From: Spizellomyces punctatus DAOM BR117
Lineage: Eukaryota
Reading direction: 5' to 3' (one strand)
DNA length: 64,000 nucleotides
Assembly: GCA_000182565.2 (NCBI GenBank)
Contig: KQ257453.1
The position numbers were made by a program, and so were the translations under genes. The notes under the pieces were generated by a model that was not told where the DNA came from, ran no database searches, and saw only the letters and a program-made list of their open reading frames with translations. Below, piece after piece: positions 50,099 to 62,480 of the stretch (within the stretch, counting starts at the first letter, position 1; the number at the start of each line of letters is the position of its first letter).

Positions 50099-52433
50099 TC
50101 ATGCAGTGATATCCAACACACTGCTAGTTTCACCATGCACCTCCTTCTCAATTCTCAATAGGGCCAGCATGAATCCGAGGTTGGGGCTGACCCCCGGCCG
50201 CGCTTGCTTCACTTTATCGTAGGCTTCGCGGAGAGTCATTCGCTGGTGGATCACTAAATAAGCTATCACTGTGGTTGCAGAGCGCGACCGACCCGCCTTG
50301 CAGTGGACAAATACAATGTTCCTCGGTGAGGCGTGGTGTGCTTGGTCTACCGGTCCCAAAAAGGGTGGAAGATAAGAGTTCTGTATCATCATGACAAGAG
50401 TAGAGATTACTTGTGCTGCACTCACCGATCCACTCCACAGCTTCCTTTACGGCATGTTCAATCTCATGCTCTGCGTGGTCCTCTGCCAAACACCATTTGA
50501 CATCAAATTGCCCACTTTCGTCCACCTTCTTATTCTCTACTTCCTGTGCCATATTGAGTACATGGGTGACGCCCAGCGACTTTAGCTGCTCTACACCGTC
50601 CATAGATTGAGGGATCGCATCTGATCCCAGGAGAAGGTACGGCAATACCTCGGAGACGGGCTCAACGGGAGTGGGAAGGGTTGACGGGCCGGGGGAGATA
50701 GCTTGCAGGGTACTGGTATGAGGAGAAGAATTGGTCGTGCCTGTGCTGGAGGTGCGAGATTCGGAAATCGATCGACGATGCGTTCCAAAGTAGTTCTGGT
50801 TGGAGGCAGGATGTGCGGTGGTAGGTGGGGTCACTTCCTCATGTATGGGAACTCCATGCTGTATGATTTCCGGCAGCTGGAAAGGTTTGGCGGTCGGCAG
50901 GGCACTTGCCGGTGGTCCATCCATTGCTGTCGATTTCTCGGCACCGAGACGTCCGTTCGAAACAAGTGACTCCATTGATAATGAAGACAGCCGCTTTTGA
51001 GCGGTAACTGATTGTCCTCTTGCTCTGTTCTGAGGTACGAGTTTGGTTGTATTAATGGAGAAGGCAGACTTCTTACGTTGTCGAGAAGCCTCTCCCAAAA
51101 GTGCATTGGTCCGCTCGCCACGAGGCGTTCCTGGTTCGGGGGTCAGGCATGGGCTATTGGAGGATGAACTCGGAGAACCTAGGCGTTGATGGTTTCCCGC
51201 AACAGCCGAACGGATGTTGAGCGGAGTTAATGGAGGCGCCTGAGTGGTGGGAGTGCCCTTTACTGATGGAGTGGCAGACGGAGGTCGATGGGAAGGATTG
51301 ATCAGATATGGGGTTTGAGACGAAGACAAACCTTCCTTGTCGTGAGTATCGGTCCCCGTCGTCGACAAAAGACTATCAGCTCCTGCCGCTTCTTGGAACG
51401 CTCTAAAGCCGCCGCGGAGATATGTAATTATTGTTCGGCCGGAATATGGTAGTGCGGGTAACTGTCCCGATGGGTCTGTCACAGATTTACGAACCCCAGC
51501 ATACAGCACATCTTCTGCCAAACCTTTTGCAAGGATGTTGATCAAAGCCCAAGCTTCAGTATCTCTATTGCCCTCCCCCATCTCATCGTCATATATAACG
51601 AGTACGCGATCCGAGGACGCCGGTTGCACCGAAGCTGCTATGTCAGGGTTCGTCATTTGTTGCGCGCCATTATCCCTCTTCCAATTCTCGTAGAGCTCCT
51701 TGGACTCAGCGCCAGTCAAAAAGTTGGACATCTGAAAACTTGAGACACTCCCGCGCCGGAATCGTTTTAGCATCAGCACTGGCAAATTAACGTTAACAGA
51801 ACCCTTGATGTGGCATCGTGAAAAGTCGGCCACATAACGGAGATCTATCGGTAGGATTGGAGCACCCAGTGGAATAGGTGATTGGAACGTGCCATTGGTG
51901 CTGAGATCGCTGTGATTGTCGCGTCGTCGCTGCAACGCATCAATCAATTCTTGTGCTGTCATTCCCGTTACTCCGTACATTGTAATATCCATCAAATCTG
52001 GTGGAAAAGGTGATTCTGGTCGACTCCCATCAGACTCTCCCAATGAAAGCGTAGGCGTATCAGGCCGTGACCGGTCTCCCCCCAATAATCTCAAATCAGC
52101 CAAAGCATCTTCAACCATCGACACCGTAGGTGAACACTTTACACTTGACATGTGTCCAATAGGCGCATTATCGTCCCTCTGGTGACATCCAATCCCTTCC
52201 GGTGTTCCCAGTCCATGTCGAGAGGACGCCAAAACAGTACTTTGCTGCATCGTATTGTTTAGGCCTCCTCCGGATGAGGAGGACAACGGCCCCTCCGAGG
52301 ACGGCGCACGTTTTACTGGGCCCTGGTCGTCTATCGACGATGACGCGCTGCGTTTTATACTGGTTGCGAGTGGTGCGTTGCTTGAATTGGACCGCGTGTT
52401 AGTGAAGGGAAACGAAGCGGGAAGTTCTCGCAT
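50099..52433 (-). CDS. Dual-specificity (MAPK) phosphatase with rhodanese-like domain, 2 exons
   Basis: IDLR..F..CHIKGSVNV and YLRGGF rhodanese motifs; EVLPYLLLGS, VHCKAGRSRSAT and SPNLGFM. Confidence 0.93.
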
Positions 52434-53263
52434 AGTCTTGGGGAAGCTGGCGTAAGGGGTTTTGACTAGTCCAAATAGGGAAAGAATGTTAAGCGTATTG
52501 TGCGGGGGATATCAGTTAATCTTGGGGATTGTTGTTTGGGTCGGGCGGTAAATGTAGCTTTCCTTATTTCAGGCACGAGTGAAGTTAAGAATCTGGTTGC
52601 AAAGCGATCATGCACTTTCAAAGCAATCTCTTGCGTCAACGGAACTGCCACCGGTGGGTATGCCAGTAGACACAAGGCTACAATGTGAAGTAACAAAGAG
52701 CTAGCTCTCCCCTTTCCCTCGAACTCGCCGAAGCATGACCAGGGCGAAACGCCATTGACCGTCACAACAGTGGGGGTTTAGAAGGATCTTTGGTGCATCG
52801 TATATTTCTTTGATGGCTATTATTAGCTGCGCATCCTCAGAAAGGTTGCTCTGTGGCGATTACGTAATAAAGAGGACGCGTCCGAGAGTTGAACTTTTTG
52901 AGCACAACGGGCATACATCCCAGGTATTTAACTTTGCAGCAATGTTCATATCCTTCCGAATGTTGAGTCGTTCTGGTCGCTAAAGAATGTCAAAGTGCTT
53001 CACAATTGTCTCAACGAACCATCATTCTCCATGATTGCGCAGATCGTACATGTCTTGCGCCTTCCACTTGTGTTTCGTGCTCTTGCAAATAGTCTGTGAA
53101 TCGTGCAATCTTAGCAAAAAACGTCAAGCCCAAGGGTTCGGCGGCGGCCCACTCTTATATTTTTCGTCTGTCACCGCATGAACTTGGTTGCTGTTCACCT
53201 TCAAGGGATGAGAGGGGTCGACCGATCGCCAATGACACGCGACCTGGCATGTTTACCTTGCGT

Positions 53264-53344
53264 GTGACGTATAACGTCACTCTAGGGATCTCCGCAGCTG
53301 CCTTGACCCGAGCAGGGCTCCAGGCGGGGATGGGCATATATAAA
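53264..53344 (+). promoter_or_regulatory. Inverted CRE-like pair GTGACGT-ata-ACGTCAC plus TATATAAA upstream of the 53385 ORF
   Basis: Perfect 7-bp inverted repeat at 53264-53280; TATA at 53337-53344. Confidence 0.45.
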
Positions 53345-53384
53345 CCCCATGCAATTGAACCCCGACAGTAAGTGACTTCCAAAA

Positions 53385-53873
53385 ATGGCCACCAGAACAG
53401 AGCAAGTCCTCTCTCGCAAAGCGTCCATTGAAGCAGAAAAAGTCGGAAAGACATGCGCTCATCTTGAAAAAGATCACACTCAAGCCCCAGAGCTCGCCTT
53501 CCAGCACGCGCGCGAGAGGGCCGCGCATGCTGCTGCGATGTCGGCTCACGCAGCCGAAAATTTACACCGCAAGGAAGTTCAAGATGCGGCAAAAATCAAC
53601 GCTACCCTTGAGAATCTGCGGTCTCGCTCGGAGCATGCTCTGGATGTAGCTGAGCATCACAAGGCAGAGGTATCGCAGCACGCCGCTGAAACCGCCGTGC
53701 ATCCAGCGAGTTTAGAAGGTGTTGTAAGAAAGGAACAGGAGAACGAGTTGAGGCGAATGGAATTACAGGAGGAGCTGCAACGAAAAGCTGAACAAAGCGA
53801 GAGATTGAGGAGGGACAAGTTGGAAGAGGTGAAAGAGAAAGCGAGGGCGTTTGAAAGGCCCTTTGAACATTGA
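53385..53873 (+). CDS. Intronless 162-aa helical A/E/H/R-rich protein (stathmin-like or LEA-like)
   Basis: Clean ORF with aaaaATGG context and a TATA box upstream; charged helical composition. Confidence 0.8.
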   Translation: MATRTEQVLSRKASIEAEKVGKTCAHLEKDHTQAPELAFQHARERAAHAAAMSAHAAENLHRKEVQDAAKINATLENLRSRSEHALDVAEHHKAEVSQHAAETAVHPASLEGVVRKEQENELRRMELQEELQRKAEQSERLRRDKLEEVKEKARAFERPFEH

Positions 53874-54111
53874 ATTCCCGATAACGTTTGGGAGGATGGG
53901 AAAGGTGTGAAAAACATTTTAGACAGGACTATACCATTACCCACAAATTGTACAGAAATAAAATACTGAAATTGACGAACCCATTTCTTTGTGAATAGCA
54001 CTAGCCTAATAGCTTAGCCCTTCTTTAAGCGCAAGGGTGAAATCAATGGTGCAACCGCTACCTTTACAAGCACGAAATCCCAAGCGTACAGCCGAATAAT
54101 AGCAACCTTCT

Positions 54112-55080
54112 TCATACACTTGACTGACCCATCTCTATATTCAACCACACATCATCAATCAACTCCTTGTCTAACTCAGCTGTACCAAACAGCGCAATAA
54201 GCGTCGCTTTGAAGTGAGGTAAATCTTCCACCTTGACATGCGTTGGTGATTGGGACAAACCGCTTGCATGTTTCCTCTTGAACAACGGCGGTATGGAAGC
54301 TGCAAAACGCTTGATAAGAGGAAGAACTGTCTCGCGGTCTCTCGTTCCCCTGTTTGGGGGAATCGGTTCTTGCCCGTGTTCTTCTTTTGAATGATCGTTT
54401 TGGACATCCACGATACCGTCCAAAGTATGATACCCCTGTTGGCTTTGCATAGTGCTTTGTGGTTGGATTGTCGATTCCTGTTCACGTCCTTCTCGTTCGC
54501 TGCTAGAAACCCTCACATCGGCTGCGGGGACATTTGCATCCACACTGCGGGTCCAGCTTTTTGCATTCTTAGTGGTGCTCTTGTCCGCCGTGTTTACCGA
54601 CGCAGTGCTCAAGACGTATTGCTCCTTTCCTTCCCGGCCATACCACTGGTTGTCCGGTATGGCCCAGGGTCGATGGATATGCGGTTTTCCCTGCTGGGCG
54701 GGCTTTGTACTAACTGAGCGTGGGGACGACCGTACGGGTGATCTAGACTGCAGTTCTGTAAGAGAATATGGAGAACAAGTCGTCTGGAAGTGTCAGTTCA
54801 TAGTGCCAGAAAGCAAGCTAGCACAGTCCGACGTACTTTTCCACACAATCGCATAAGCTTCTCCAATCTCCTTAAAGACCCTTTCTGCCTCTTCTTTTCT
54901 GTGCAAATTTCTATCGGGATGCCATTCCAAAGCTCTCCGGCGGAAACTGGAGGTAAAGAAGTAAGACTTGCGCCTTTTTAAACAGCGACGCCAATGACGG
55001 TAAATCACATTGCCTTACGCTTGATTAACTTCTTCAAGGGTAGCCGTTGGCAGAATACCCAGTACCTCGTAAGGCGACAT
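54112..55080 (-). CDS. J-domain (DnaJ) protein, about 3 exons
   Basis: MSPYEVLGILPTATLEEVNQA|FRRRALEWHPDRN..FKEIGEAY with the HPD motif intact. Confidence 0.88.
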
Positions 55081-56185
55081 TATCTTACTTGACAAACAAG
55101 TATCGCCTTAGATCAATGTGTTTACATGGAATGGCAACCGCATGGGCACCAAATGCAGTTGTAACTGCGGCCTCTGGGGCTTGAGCATCATTTTGAGCCA
55201 TCCATTGGCGGAGCAGAACCCCGTTTTTGATCAAGGCCTTATCCTAACTGACTATCTGACCTCGTTACATCATTGAATACAAACAAAACGGGGTTCATAG
55301 AGAAGATTGGCCATCATCTGTTAAAGCTGTGTTTCGACATCTATCCACTTGGAACCGCTGTTCGCTGCCTCTTTGGTATGTCTGTCCATTCTCTATTGCT
55401 CACCTGTCACCAACTGGCTGCCTCCTAGCCTGATGATAAAAGAGCTTGAAGTCTCATTTCAGCTGGTTTTATAACGGCCCACCTCCATCACATCTCTAAC
55501 CTAAAAGCATATACTTCTCCATAAACATTTTGATCATCATCATTTGCGGAATGGCAATTGAAGCCGCCCAGTGCATTATGAATCCTACTGGCAATGTTCT
55601 TCCATAAGCACATGCAAACATATGTGTGTTAAGGGAAACCATGAAAACTCAAAGACAGCCAAGTAAGCAAAGGAACTTGGACAACTTGTTCGGATTCTGA
55701 TGCGTGGGGGACAATATGTTGATCTGTTTGAGTATGCCTCCCGAAACAAACTACTCTTATTCGCAGATGTACGAAATCCATCACTTTTGAGAGATAATCA
55801 CGCACACTTTACTCCGACCTGTTAAAATCCAGCTCAATAAACAATAACCGATCACATTGGGATCAGGACGTTTAGTGTCGATTCGGCCAGCATTCTCTGG
55901 TAGTTTGAAGTTATTATCCAGCATTCAGCTAATGACTCTATCGTATATTTAACCCTCCTGGATTAACAGATATCATCACATATTGCAAATTCATTGGAAA
56001 CGCCGATCGAAAGCTCAAGTAGTCATCGTGTGAACACAGCGCGCCGATCTAGTTGTCACGCTAGTGGCACAGCTCCAGTTGCTATAAAGTTGAAGGACGA
56101 GTTCATTCCGCGCATTCCCAATCCCTCTTGTACGCTGAACAACGATTTGCCGTAAGTAATTCAGCAACGGTTCGCGCTCGCCAAA

Positions 56186-56692
56186 ATGGTCAAGACAATT
56201 TCCACCATATCCGAATTCAATGAAGTCATTAAGACTGGCAACACTGTCATTGGTAAGCCAGTTCATCTTGAGATTGTGCGGTATAGGGTTTCATATTTGC
56301 GCTCACGAAGAAGCAGGGATGACTGACTTACGCTCATGACTTTACCCTTTTTATGCCATTCCACATATATTCCAGTTGGTGTGTATTATTACCCGTTGAC
56401 GAGCACGTCGTCGAGCTTATTTTTCTGATACGCAACCCACCTATCAGACTTTTATGCCACTTGGTGCGGTCCTTGTAAGATGATATCCCCAAAATTCGAA
56501 GCTTTTGCGCAAAAGTATACCAAGGCCACATTCATCAAGGTGGATGTCGACGAAGTACCAGAAGTTGCAGAACAAGCTAGTATTCGCGCTATGCCTACCT
56601 TTCATATTTACCAGAACGGAGAAAAAATTATAGAGATCGTGGGTGCGGACCCTTCTCGTCTTGAAGCTGAAATCAAGAAACACGCTGCATGA
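56186..56692 (+). CDS. TRX1: Thioredoxin
   Basis: DFYATWCGPCKMISPKF, FIKVDVDE and AMPTF. Confidence 0.97.
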
Positions 56693-57046
56693 AATGATCT
56701 GGAGGTCGTTAGATATTAGATACCTCTTATATGAACCGGCTTTGAACACACTGAAACAAGTTGGTGTCAGTATCGAATACCACTCGCTACCGGTTCATAC
56801 TTGCTTAATGGAGTTGAGTCACATATTTGCACTGCCGTTGATGTCGCTCTTCCGTGCTGGGGTCGGAGCTTGCTTCAATGTGGTAAAAAGAACCGCTGAG
56901 GTGGAAACACGATATTACCCCATCGTACTATATTCAAGAAGGTACAGCAAGTGCCGAGCCTAGGCGTCTCAAAGAAAAAGATGAAAGGCGAGCATGGCGC
57001 AACCAGTGGCAATAATAATACAATACTGCCGCGCGCCCGTATCTTT

Positions 57047-58428
57047 TTAGTGGCCAGACTTCCGCCTGTAATCTTCAGGAGAACGTGATCGTCTTCTGTC
57101 ACGCTCTTCCTTTGACCCTCTGCGATCTCTGTCGTAGTCCCTATCGTAGCGCGAACCGCGTCGACCGCTGAAAGTAAAGGGGATTAATGGAAATTCCCTG
57201 TCGCGACATCCATCCTCCAAACATACCCGTCGTAACCACGGTCATAACCTCCACGCGGCTCGTAGCCACGGCGTTCATAGCCTCGATCATGGCCGCCGCC
57301 ACCACCTCCACCACGCCGGTCGCGGTCGTAACTGCCTCGATCATATCCCCCTCTATCATACCCTCCCCGCCTGTCACCATAGCCATAACCCCCGCGATGT
57401 CCACCGCGTTCCCCAAATCCTTCCTTTTTCATTTCGTCCACCTTATCTCTAATTTTTACAAATCCAAGATGCATCTGAGAAGCAATGAAGATCACGTTAG
57501 ACTTTCACATGCAGAACACGCCCAGAGATATCTGCATACCTTCCCTCCAAAATGATCGGCTAAGCGTCGATCACTATCAAAAATCGACAAGTACGCTGAG
57601 CATACTTCGCACACTCGGAGCTTTTGCTGTTGTGAGTTTCCTTCGCTACCCGTAATTTGTTTAAGCTCCCGCTGTTGACAAGTTTAGCATATTGCTGGCA
57701 ATGAGATAAAAACACATAGTAGTCTCACCTCCTTGTCGGCTTTCAGCTTTTGGAGGTCTTCCACCTTGTTCATGACTTCCATCGACTCTGCAACTTTCCC
57801 CTCTTCGCCTAGAGGTGAGTGAAAAATACTCGAGTCAGCTGGATATATGTCATATAGCAACACACACTGCTCACCTAACGTTTCCACCTGTCCCGTTAAT
57901 GTAGCAATCTCGTTTGTGAGGTCACCAACTTCTCGCATCTAAAAGCACACATATAGACACTGAGTCAAGATTTCGGGAATTGGCCGCGACCTTTTAAGCG
58001 CAACTGACCAGCTGGACTGCTCTGGCATCCTCAGGTGTTTTGTCTAGCCTTCTTTGAGCAGCTTGCACCTTACGGTCACAATCACCGACAAACTCTGAGA
58101 GGTTATGGAACCACTCTTCTTCATATCCCGGGTGACCTTCTTTCCTAGCCTTCTTGTATTCTTCCAATAGTTTTTCAGAATGGGATTTGGTACACGGGCC
58201 GATATCCATTTTTGTATTTGTGAATAGGTCGTGTGGACCTAGGATAGAATATACTCGTCAGTGAACATGTGGACACACGCTGATCTAAAAACCCGTCATC
58301 ATACATAGTCCACACAAAAAGTTTCTGCACACGGTTGTATCAGTGAATTTGACATTATCTGGAGTGCCGCCAAGGGCCTCCTTTCCCATGAGAGCTTCAA
58401 GAAGCTTCCGTTGTTCTGCTGCAGACAT
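57047..58428 (-). CDS. LUC7: U1 snRNP-associated splicing factor Luc7, multi-exon
   Basis: EQRKLLEALMG, VCRNFLCGLC|PHDLFTNTKMDIGPC, QQKLRVCEVCSAYLS..RRLADHFGGK|MHLG and an RG/RS-rich tail. Confidence 0.95.
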
Positions 58429-58593
58429 GGCGCTGACGATGGGAATTGGGAGAGAATATTGTAAAAAGTGCGAAGTTGGACAAAGTGTAGCCTGCGCTTG
58501 GTTTTCGCTGTTGCTTGGTAACCGCAATGGTTATTAGCTTACCAGCCTCCCGTACTTGGGACCGCGACTTTGGGCTTTAAGTATCTGGGAGTA

Positions 58594-59530
58594 ATGGAAC
58601 CTCCGATAACATACTATACAAAAGCAGAGTACATTGAGACGGTAGGGCTTTCTTGTTGGTGTGTGGTTGAGTGTTTGATGGCCAGTGCGTACGCGCAAAC
58701 AGGGGATGGGAGTTATGGATGAGCAATTTGAGACGGTAGTCGACGAGACTGACTCGACGATTGGTTCAATAAACAGGACACTGGAAACAAAGTCAGTCGA
58801 AAGTCAGTCATCTGCGGAAGTCAGAATATTGTTCTAGGAGGCAAGGTATGCGTACAATTATGTATTTATCGCTCTTCCAATTTCCTAAACCTTATCATTT
58901 AGACCATTATCCAAACGGAATGCATTGTTCGCGGTGACTTGCGCCGAACGGGAGGGGGACACGCTGTTGTCATTGCTATTGGGCGATACTGTCTGTTAAG
59001 CCAACGATGTATCTTGCGGCCTCCCTATAAAACCTACAAAGGGTATATACGGACGCATCTGTTTCAAGGGACTTCCAGCTAACCTCGTAATGGTATAGAG
59101 TCTTCAACTACTACCCAATGAAGATAGGTGACCACGTTGTTATTGGGGAAGATAGCGTTGTAGAAGCCGCTCAAATAGGATCACATGTACATATCGGCAA
59201 AGACTGCGTAATCGTAAGTGGGCGAGGACAATCCCAGCACTTGCATATATCTGACGGTCAAAATACGCACAGGGACGATTTGTAATCATTAAAGACTGCT
59301 GTAAAATACTTGATGGAACTGTTATTCCACCTAACACAGTTATCCCATCGTTTTCAGTATACGGCGGAAATCCAGGTAAGTTGCTAGAGGTTTGCTCATC
59401 GCATAGGATACGCGCCTAACGTGCTAACTTAGGGAGGCTTGTTGACGAGCTCCCCGAATCCACGCAAGAATTGTACGAAGCCCGAACGAAACAATTCTAT
59501 TACGAAAAATTCATAGCCGAGCACGCATAG
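58594..59530 (+). CDS. DCTN5: Dynactin subunit 5 (p25), 6 exons
   Basis: [40 protein letters not shown] and [20 protein letters not shown]. Confidence 0.95.
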
Positions 59531-59747
59531 TGAACGTTGTGATACCCATTTCAGAGTTGCGATTGTACATATATTGTATTTAAAACGGGTTGGTAAACCC
59601 ATTGTTTGATGTCGTGAATGTGGCGATTGTCCCTTTATCCAACCTCTCCATTCTCGGGTGACATCGAATCCACGGCACTTTGTATGCCGTGAGGAACGTA
59701 AACTACCTATATTACATGTTCTTGCTGCCCGCTGAAACTCCCACGCT

Positions 59748-60626
59748 TTATACAAGTCCATCATACAGATTCAGCGCTTGCACAATTGTTGGGTCTTTTT
59801 GAGACCCTTTTCTAAACTCCTCCATGTCCAGTTTCCCGTCCTCGTTCTGGATCAACGACGAAACGGCGCATGAATATGACGATGGACACCAGGGATCGAA
59901 ATAAAGCACCAAGCACTTACCGTATCCATCAAGGTAAAAATCTTCTCTACCCGTTTGTCTGGTGTATCTTCATCTGGCGGGAGTTTGACCATATTTCCCA
60001 CCATTTTGTAGATTGCTTGCACGATCTTGAGCATTTCCTCCCGTGTAATGTATCCATCATTATTTATATCATACAGCTTGAATGACCCTGCGCGGAGAAA
60101 AAAACAAAACAAATTAGATTCGTTTGCCATGCGCGCGAGACTGACCAACGACTCAACGTCACGTACAAACTAGCTTCTGATCCAAATTGCCGCGCGACGT
60201 CACCGACAATGCCGATATGAATTCCTCGAAATCAATCGACCCATTCTTGTTTTCGTCAAAAACGTTGAAAACGTGGTCCGCAAACGCCGAGGAATCGCCG
60301 AAAGGAAAGAACTGTTTGTAGATTTTTTGGAATTCGGTTCGGTCTAGGGCCCCTGACGGGCAGTCTTTCATAAAGCCCTTGTACCTACAATAGAGATTGG
60401 CAGCCGATGAATGATGGATATCATACAGATCGTCACCTGTCTGTCCAAGGAACTTACCACTGCTGCAGCTCTTTCTTGTCAACTTGTCAATGATGCAACA
60501 TGTCAATCACCATTCCGTATTTCCCAATCATCACAATATCTAAAGCAACAAGAGGCACTCACAGTTGGTACACCGTTGCAGCTCTTTGAGCTGCTCCTGA
60601 CTCAGTTTACTGTGCGATTTTCCCAT
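59748..60626 (-). CDS. FRQ1: Frequenin / neuronal calcium sensor 1, multi-exon
   Basis: MGKSHSKLS myristoylation site, [24 protein letters not shown] hands and [15 protein letters not shown]. Confidence 0.97.
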
Positions 60627-61381
60627 GTGCTTTTGGTTCCAGCTCTGGAGCTGCTCCTAACTCTTGTACGCTGCTTTTTATACTGTCCGTCTTTGCTAGT
60701 CACAATCTCTAGCGTCCCAAAAATACAACGAGATCGTATGGAAATATCTCTTTTGGATATCCGGCCGACAGTTGAGATGCCTTCGTTTAAAAGAAAGGCC
60801 AAGCCCAAAAGCGGGGAGTCAAAAACAACGCGTGCTTAGCAGGTGAGTAATCCTCAAACGCACGGATTACCAACCGTTGTCATTAGCGTTTTTAAGATAT
60901 TTGTCAAGTCGATTTCCGTTGACGATTCTTGTAGCATCGAACAGCATCAATGTGTAGAATAATGCTGGTGCTTATTGTTTTAAACATCATCTCCGCAGTC
61001 CAGCGCCGTCATCCTTCGATGGGCTTGCCAGTCTGAGATAATAAAATCTCAACATTGTACTCGTCGGATATAGTTCAGCATCTCTTTTATCCTCACAGCA
61101 GTGATTGCTACCGCAATACATAAAGTGCAAGTAGACGAGTAAATGTCCATTGCAATGCTTGTCTGATAGCAAAAGGCAAGCAAAAAAGCTGTGTCGTCGC
61201 CGAGCTTGCATCTGTCACGTGTCATCACGCGGCTGTTAATCCAAGATCTTCCCGTTCATCCCTTTCGGCTTGGTCGTCACACCCGGCGGCAATCTTTTTC
61301 TGCGTGTGGTCGTTGGCGGGGGGCAAGTCAAATACCCTAGACAGACCTGACCAAACCCTTTCGAACAAACGGTATCAAAAG

Positions 61382-62374
61382 ATGGCGGCTTCATCCTGTG
61401 TATCAAACTACTTTTTGAGCCGCGATTTGGGTCATCCCAATCTGGCGACCCTGTGCGCGTTCGTTGGTACACTCTACCTGTCCAAGCTTGCCATTTCTTT
61501 TCTCTGCCTTTTGTACCGTCTTATTCTCCGTCCCGCAACCAATCTCCGGAAATATGGGGCCAAAAAGGGTGCTTGGGCCGTCGTTACGGGCGCGTCAGAT
61601 GGGATTGGAAAAGAGTTTGCCCTTCAGTTGGGGAAAGCAGGTTTCAACGTGTTTTTGATGGCCCGCACAAAAGCAAAGTTGGATACGGTTGCCAATGAAG
61701 CGAAATCAAAGTATGGAGTTGATGCTGTTGTTTATCCTTTTGATTTTGCGGCGGCCGGAGATGCAGAGTATGAGGCCTTGCGGAAGCAGTTCCAAACCCT
61801 TGAGGATGTGGGCGTGTTGGTCAACAATGTTGCTGTGAATCACGAGATGCCTACTCCATTTGCGCAAGAAAGCGAAGCATTGCTTTCGGCTATTGTGGAG
61901 GTGGATGTTGCCGCTCAAGTGCGCTTGACAAGGATGATTCTCCCTGGAATGACCACTCGTAAACGTGGTCTGATTCTCAACGTTGGATCCGTTGCCGGTC
62001 TCATTCCGTCGGCCTATCTTGCTACCTACTCTGGTGCCAAAGCGTTTTTGCGTACGTGGTCCCGCGCTCTCGCTGTAGAATGCAGACCTCACAATGTCCA
62101 TGTGGAGCATGTGAAAACCTACTTTGTCACGACTGCCATGAGTAAGATCCGCAGATCCACCATCTTGGCACCCACCCCCCGCGATTACGTTCGCAGCGTG
62201 CTACAGAGTGCGGGCAAGGATACCGATGCTGCCCCGTACCCAAGTCACGCTGTCTTGACCTGGGTTTTGGAGAAGCTGCCTGAAGGCCTTGCGATTAAGA
62301 AGAGTGCGGATATGCACATCGACATTAGAAGGCGTGCCTTGAAAAAGAGGGAGCGGGAGGCTAAGAAAGCGTAA
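61382..62374 (+). CDS. IFA38: Very-long-chain 3-oxoacyl-CoA reductase (SDR), intronless
   Basis: WAVVTGASDGIGKEFALQL, LVNNV, YSGAK, FVTTAMSKIRR and a C-terminal dilysine-like KKA*. Confidence 0.93.
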   Translation: MAASSCVSNYFLSRDLGHPNLATLCAFVGTLYLSKLAISFLCLLYRLILRPATNLRKYGAKKGAWAVVTGASDGIGKEFALQLGKAGFNVFLMARTKAKLDTVANEAKSKYGVDAVVYPFDFAAAGDAEYEALRKQFQTLEDVGVLVNNVAVNHEMPTPFAQESEALLSAIVEVDVAAQVRLTRMILPGMTTRKRGLILNVGSVAGLIPSAYLATYSGAKAFLRTWSRALAVECRPHNVHVEHVKTYFVTTAMSKIRRSTILAPTPRDYVRSVLQSAGKDTDAAPYPSHAVLTWVLEKLPEGLAIKKSADMHIDIRRRALKKREREAKKA

Positions 62375-62480
62375 TTTTTTGTGTCATTTACTTGGGATGG
62401 GCATTATGATTTGTGCATTATGACATTTATCGGACGTAATATATACGGAATCTATCCTCTAAAAATCCTGTAATTTTTTC

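Noticed and set aside
55216..55296. SECIS element or C/D snoRNA
   Set aside because: There is no proper SECIS core geometry or complete C/D boxes, it is not in a 3' UTR, and the nearby thioredoxin uses Cys codons.
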